DNA of 64,000 nucleotides, from contig CAVTDB010000026.1 of assembly GCA_963733375.1 (NCBI GenBank), positions 160,001 to 224,000 on the forward strand, written 5' to 3'. The position numbers were made by a program, and so were the translations under genes. Below are positions 61,032 through 64,000 of the stretch, in pieces. The stretch's first letter is position 1; the number at the start of each line of letters is the position of its first letter. Under the pieces are notes generated by a model. It searched no databases, was not told the DNA's origin, and saw only the letters and a program-made list of their open reading frames with translations. The DNA is from Nitrospirota bacterium (GTDB lineage Bacteria > Nitrospirota > JACRHJ01).

Positions 61032-62115
61032 ATGAAAAAACTTACATCCGAATATATAGAGAGACTGACGCCTTACGCTCCCGGGAAACCGATAGATGAG
61101 CTTGAGCGCGAGCTTGGCTTGACCGGCTCCATAAAACTCGCCAGCAACGAAAACCCCATCGGGCCTTCACCTAAGGCAATCGCCGCAATCGCGGGTCATC
61201 TCGCAAGCCTTAACCGCTACCCGGACGGCGCCGCGCATTACTTAAAAGATGCGATAAGCAAAAAATTCGGCCGCCCGATGGATGAGATAATCCTGGGCAA
61301 CGGCTCGAACGAACTTCTGGACATAATCGTCCGCACGTTCCTTCTTGACGGCGAGGAGTCGATATTCGCGGAGCCGTCGTTTGTCGTCTATAAAATGTCC
61401 ACGCAGGCGGCGGGTAGAAAAGGCGTGGCCGTGCCCCTGAAGGACGGGCGGCATGACCTCGCCGCGATGGCGGACAGGATAGACGGCAAGACGAAGATAA
61501 TCTTCATCGCCAACCCAAATAACCCGACCGGCACGATGAATACCGAAGGCGGAGATGGACGAGTTCATGTCGCGCGTGCCGGAGGACGTGCTGGTGGTGG
61601 TGGACGAGGCGTATTTTGAGTACGTAACCAGCCCGGAATATCCGGATACGTTCAAATATTTAAGGGACGGCAGGAACATAATAATACTCCGGACGTTCTC
61701 GAAGATTTACGGCCTTGCCGGACTTCGTATAGGTTACGGCTTCGCGCCTCCGAAACTCGTGGACCTGATGAACAGGGTACGCGCGCCTTTCAACACCAAC
61801 TCGCTCGCACAGGCGGCGGCGCTTGCCGCCCTCTCGGACGACGGCCACGTGCGGGAGTCGGTAAAGGTGAACGAGGAAGGCAAGAAATACCTCTACGCGG
61901 AAATGTCGAAGATGGGCCTGGACTACCTGCCCACGCAGGCAAATTTCATCTGGATAGACCTCCACAGGGAAGCGCGTGGGGTTTACGATGCGTTACTTAA
62001 AAAGGGCGTTATCGTCAGGCCGATGGGGCCGACGCAGATAAGGGTGACGGTGGGCCTTCCACAGGAAAACGAGAGATTCATTAAAGCGCTTTCCGAAGCG
62101 CTACAGGGGGCATAA
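61032..62115 (+). CDS. hisC: Histidinol-phosphate aminotransferase; frameshift near 61550
   Basis: KLASNENP, GNGSNE, NPNNPTGT, DEAY, RTFSKIYGLAGLRIGY. Confidence 0.95.
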
Positions 62116-62122
62116 AGCAGTT

Positions 62123-62983
62123 TTGAGCGCTCATTTTAATCAGGCGACAGTAATCGGAGTAGGGCTTATCGGCGGCTCTATCGCCGGCGTGATAAAGGCG
62201 CGGGGTATTGCGCAGACCGTCGTCGGCGTGGGAAGGAACAAGGATAACCTTGAGAGCGCCGTCCGGCTGGGCTTAATCGACCGCTATTCGCAGGACGCGA
62301 AGAAAGGCGTCATCGGCTCCGACCTCGTGGTGCTGTGCTGTCCCGTGGGCTCTTTCGAGCAGGTAGCGAAGGAAATAAAGCCGTACTTAAAGGACCAGGC
62401 CGTCGTGACGGACGCGGGGAGCGTCAAGGGCAGTCTCGTTGAGCGGCTGGAAGAGATATTTTATTTAAAGGCCCGGTATGTCCCGGCGCACCCCATCGCG
62501 GGAGGCGAGCGTTCAGGCGCGGAGGCGGCGGATTTAAAACTTTTCCAGGGAGCGCGCTGCATACTTACCCCGACAAGGCATACCGACATTCAGGCGCTGG
62601 AAGCGGTTTCCGACCTCTGGGAGGCGGCGGGCGCGAAGGTGGAGAGGATGGACCCGTTCGACCACGACCGCGTGTTCGGGATGGTAAGCCACCTCCCGCA
62701 CGTCGCGGCATATGCGATGGTCGGCGCGCTGACAAAGATGGACGGCGGCGAAGACGCGATATCCTATGCCGCGGGCGGCTTCAAGGACTTCACCCGCATC
62801 GCCGGAAGCCACCCCGGCATGTGGCGGGACATCTGCCTGCTGAACGCCGGGAACATAAAAGCCGCGCTGGATGTTTATATAAAATCACTTGAGGCCTTAC
62901 GCGGCCTGATAGAAGCAGGCGACGGCGATGCGCTGCAGGCGGAGTTCGAAAAAGCGAAGACGCTAAGGCAGAAGATAAAATAA
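62123..62983 (+). CDS. tyrA: Prephenate/arogenate dehydrogenase
   Basis: GVGLIGGS, TDAGSVK, HPIAG, HD...VSHLPH, GFKDFTRIA. Confidence 0.93.
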   Translation: MSAHFNQATVIGVGLIGGSIAGVIKARGIAQTVVGVGRNKDNLESAVRLGLIDRYSQDAKKGVIGSDLVVLCCPVGSFEQVAKEIKPYLKDQAVVTDAGSVKGSLVERLEEIFYLKARYVPAHPIAGGERSGAEAADLKLFQGARCILTPTRHTDIQALEAVSDLWEAAGAKVERMDPFDHDRVFGMVSHLPHVAAYAMVGALTKMDGGEDAISYAAGGFKDFTRIAGSHPGMWRDICLLNAGNIKAALDVYIKSLEALRGLIEAGDGDALQAEFEKAKTLRQKIK

Positions 62984-63029
62984 AAACCTTTGTTACCTTT
63001 TTGGGAAAAAGGTAACGCCAAAAACTTTT
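62978..63029. repeat. Second copy of the ~50-bp palindromic unit, after tyrA
   Basis: aaataaaaacctttgttacctttttgggaaaaaggtaacgccaaaaactttt, near-identical to 60912-60962. Confidence 0.85.
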
Positions 63030-63049
63030 CTAAACTTTCGGTTATTTTT

Positions 63050-64000
63050 ATGGAAAACTTGAAAATTAAATAATTCTCGGGGCCGCTTAAAGGCTCCGTG
63101 CGCGTGCCGGGCGATAAGTCCATTTCTCACCGGGCCGTCATGCTGGGCGCTATCGCGGAAGGGACGAGCCGGGTATCGGGTTTCCTTACCGGCGAAGACA
63201 GCGTGAATACGGCAAAGGCGCTTGCCGCGATGGGCGTGGAGATAGAGGGCCTGGGCGGCTCGGAGCTTGATTATACACGGCGTCGGACTCCATGGACTTA
63301 AGGCCCCGAAGGACGTCCTCGACCTGGGCAACTCCGGGACGAGCATCAGGCTTCTCTCCGGGCTTCTTGCGGGGCAGGGTTTTCAGGCGACTGCTTACGG
63401 GCGACCAGTATCTTCGGAAGCGCCCCATGACCCGCGTGGTGAAGCCGCTTTCCATGATGGGCGCGCTTATCTCCGGAGAGGGGGACAAAAATTATCCGCC
63501 GCTTACCATAAAGCCGTCTGGCGGGCTTAAGGGTATAAACTATTCGTCTCCTATCGCCAGCGCGCAGGTGAAATCCGCCGTGCTGCTGGCCGGGCTTTAC
63601 GCCGAGGGTGAGACGACGGTCACGGAACCGATGAAGTCGCGCGACCATACCGAGCGGATGCTCAGGTACATGGGGGCGGAGCTGAAGACGGACGGACTGT
63701 CCGTTTCCATTGCAGGCGGACAGCGGCTTAAGGCCAGAGATTTCATGGTGCCGGGGGATTTATCTTCGGCGGCGTTTTTCATGGTCGCGGCGGCGGTCGT
63801 GCCGGATTCGAAGGTAGTAATAAAAGACGTGGGTCTAAATCAGACGAGGACGGGCATAATCGATATCCTGCGGCTGATGAACGCCCGCATTAACGTTGAT
63901 AACGTGCGCGAGGACGGTCCGGAGCCGGTGGCGGACATAACGGTCGAGCACTCGGACCTTCGCGGGATAGAGATAGGCGGGGAATTATTTTTGCGCGCTA
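63050..64000 (+). CDS. aroA: EPSP synthase (partial, runs off the window; several indels)
   Basis: [47 protein letters not shown]. Confidence 0.92.

Noticed and set aside
10357-64000. Frameshifts in dsrK, petD, dsrL, the hydrogenase large subunit, fdhF, mtnA, pheA, hisC, aroA and others as pseudogenes or programmed frameshifts
   Set aside because: Single indels are spread across essential and unrelated genes with otherwise intact motifs, consistent with long-read errors; no shared slippery-site pattern

Overview
A 64-kb GC-rich bacterial chromosomal window; the gene set suggests an anaerobic sulfur-cycling organism, tentatively Nitrospirota- or Desulfobacterota-like. It looks like an incompletely polished long-read assembly: many core genes carry single indels, and a T-free tract at 6393-7478 is probably an artefact. 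The centrepiece (7.5-28.3 kb) is a large dissimilatory sulfite reductase cluster: dsrN, dsrC-M-K, [diheme cytochrome c lipoprotein, Rieske protein, cytochrome b6-like protein, subunit IV, monoheme cytochrome c, large helical lipoprotein], dsrE-F-H, a HEAT-repeat gene, dsrA-B-D-L, a ferritin-like gene, nfnAB, tusA, CBS, a DsrC-like gene lacking the C-terminal cysteines, cobA, osmC and VOC. The most striking feature is a complete Rieske/cytochrome b (bc/b6f-type) complex immediately after dsrMK, where dsrJOP normally lies. The cluster is also chimeric: DsrAB/D/L look reductive-type while DsrCMK/EFH look oxidative-type. Further along are a membrane-bound group 1 [NiFe] hydrogenase with unusual Fe-S ligands, a sigma54-controlled tauE/PEP-synthase-like module, tRNA-Glu, an NAD-linked formate dehydrogenase with a split and permuted HycB-like ferredoxin and a perfect Fur-type box, ccdA/thioredoxin genes, mtnA, an MCP, mltA, MOSC/mogA, a repeat-rich variable locus (HEPN remnant/MNT, cyclase-like gene) and pheA-hisC-tyrA-aroA.
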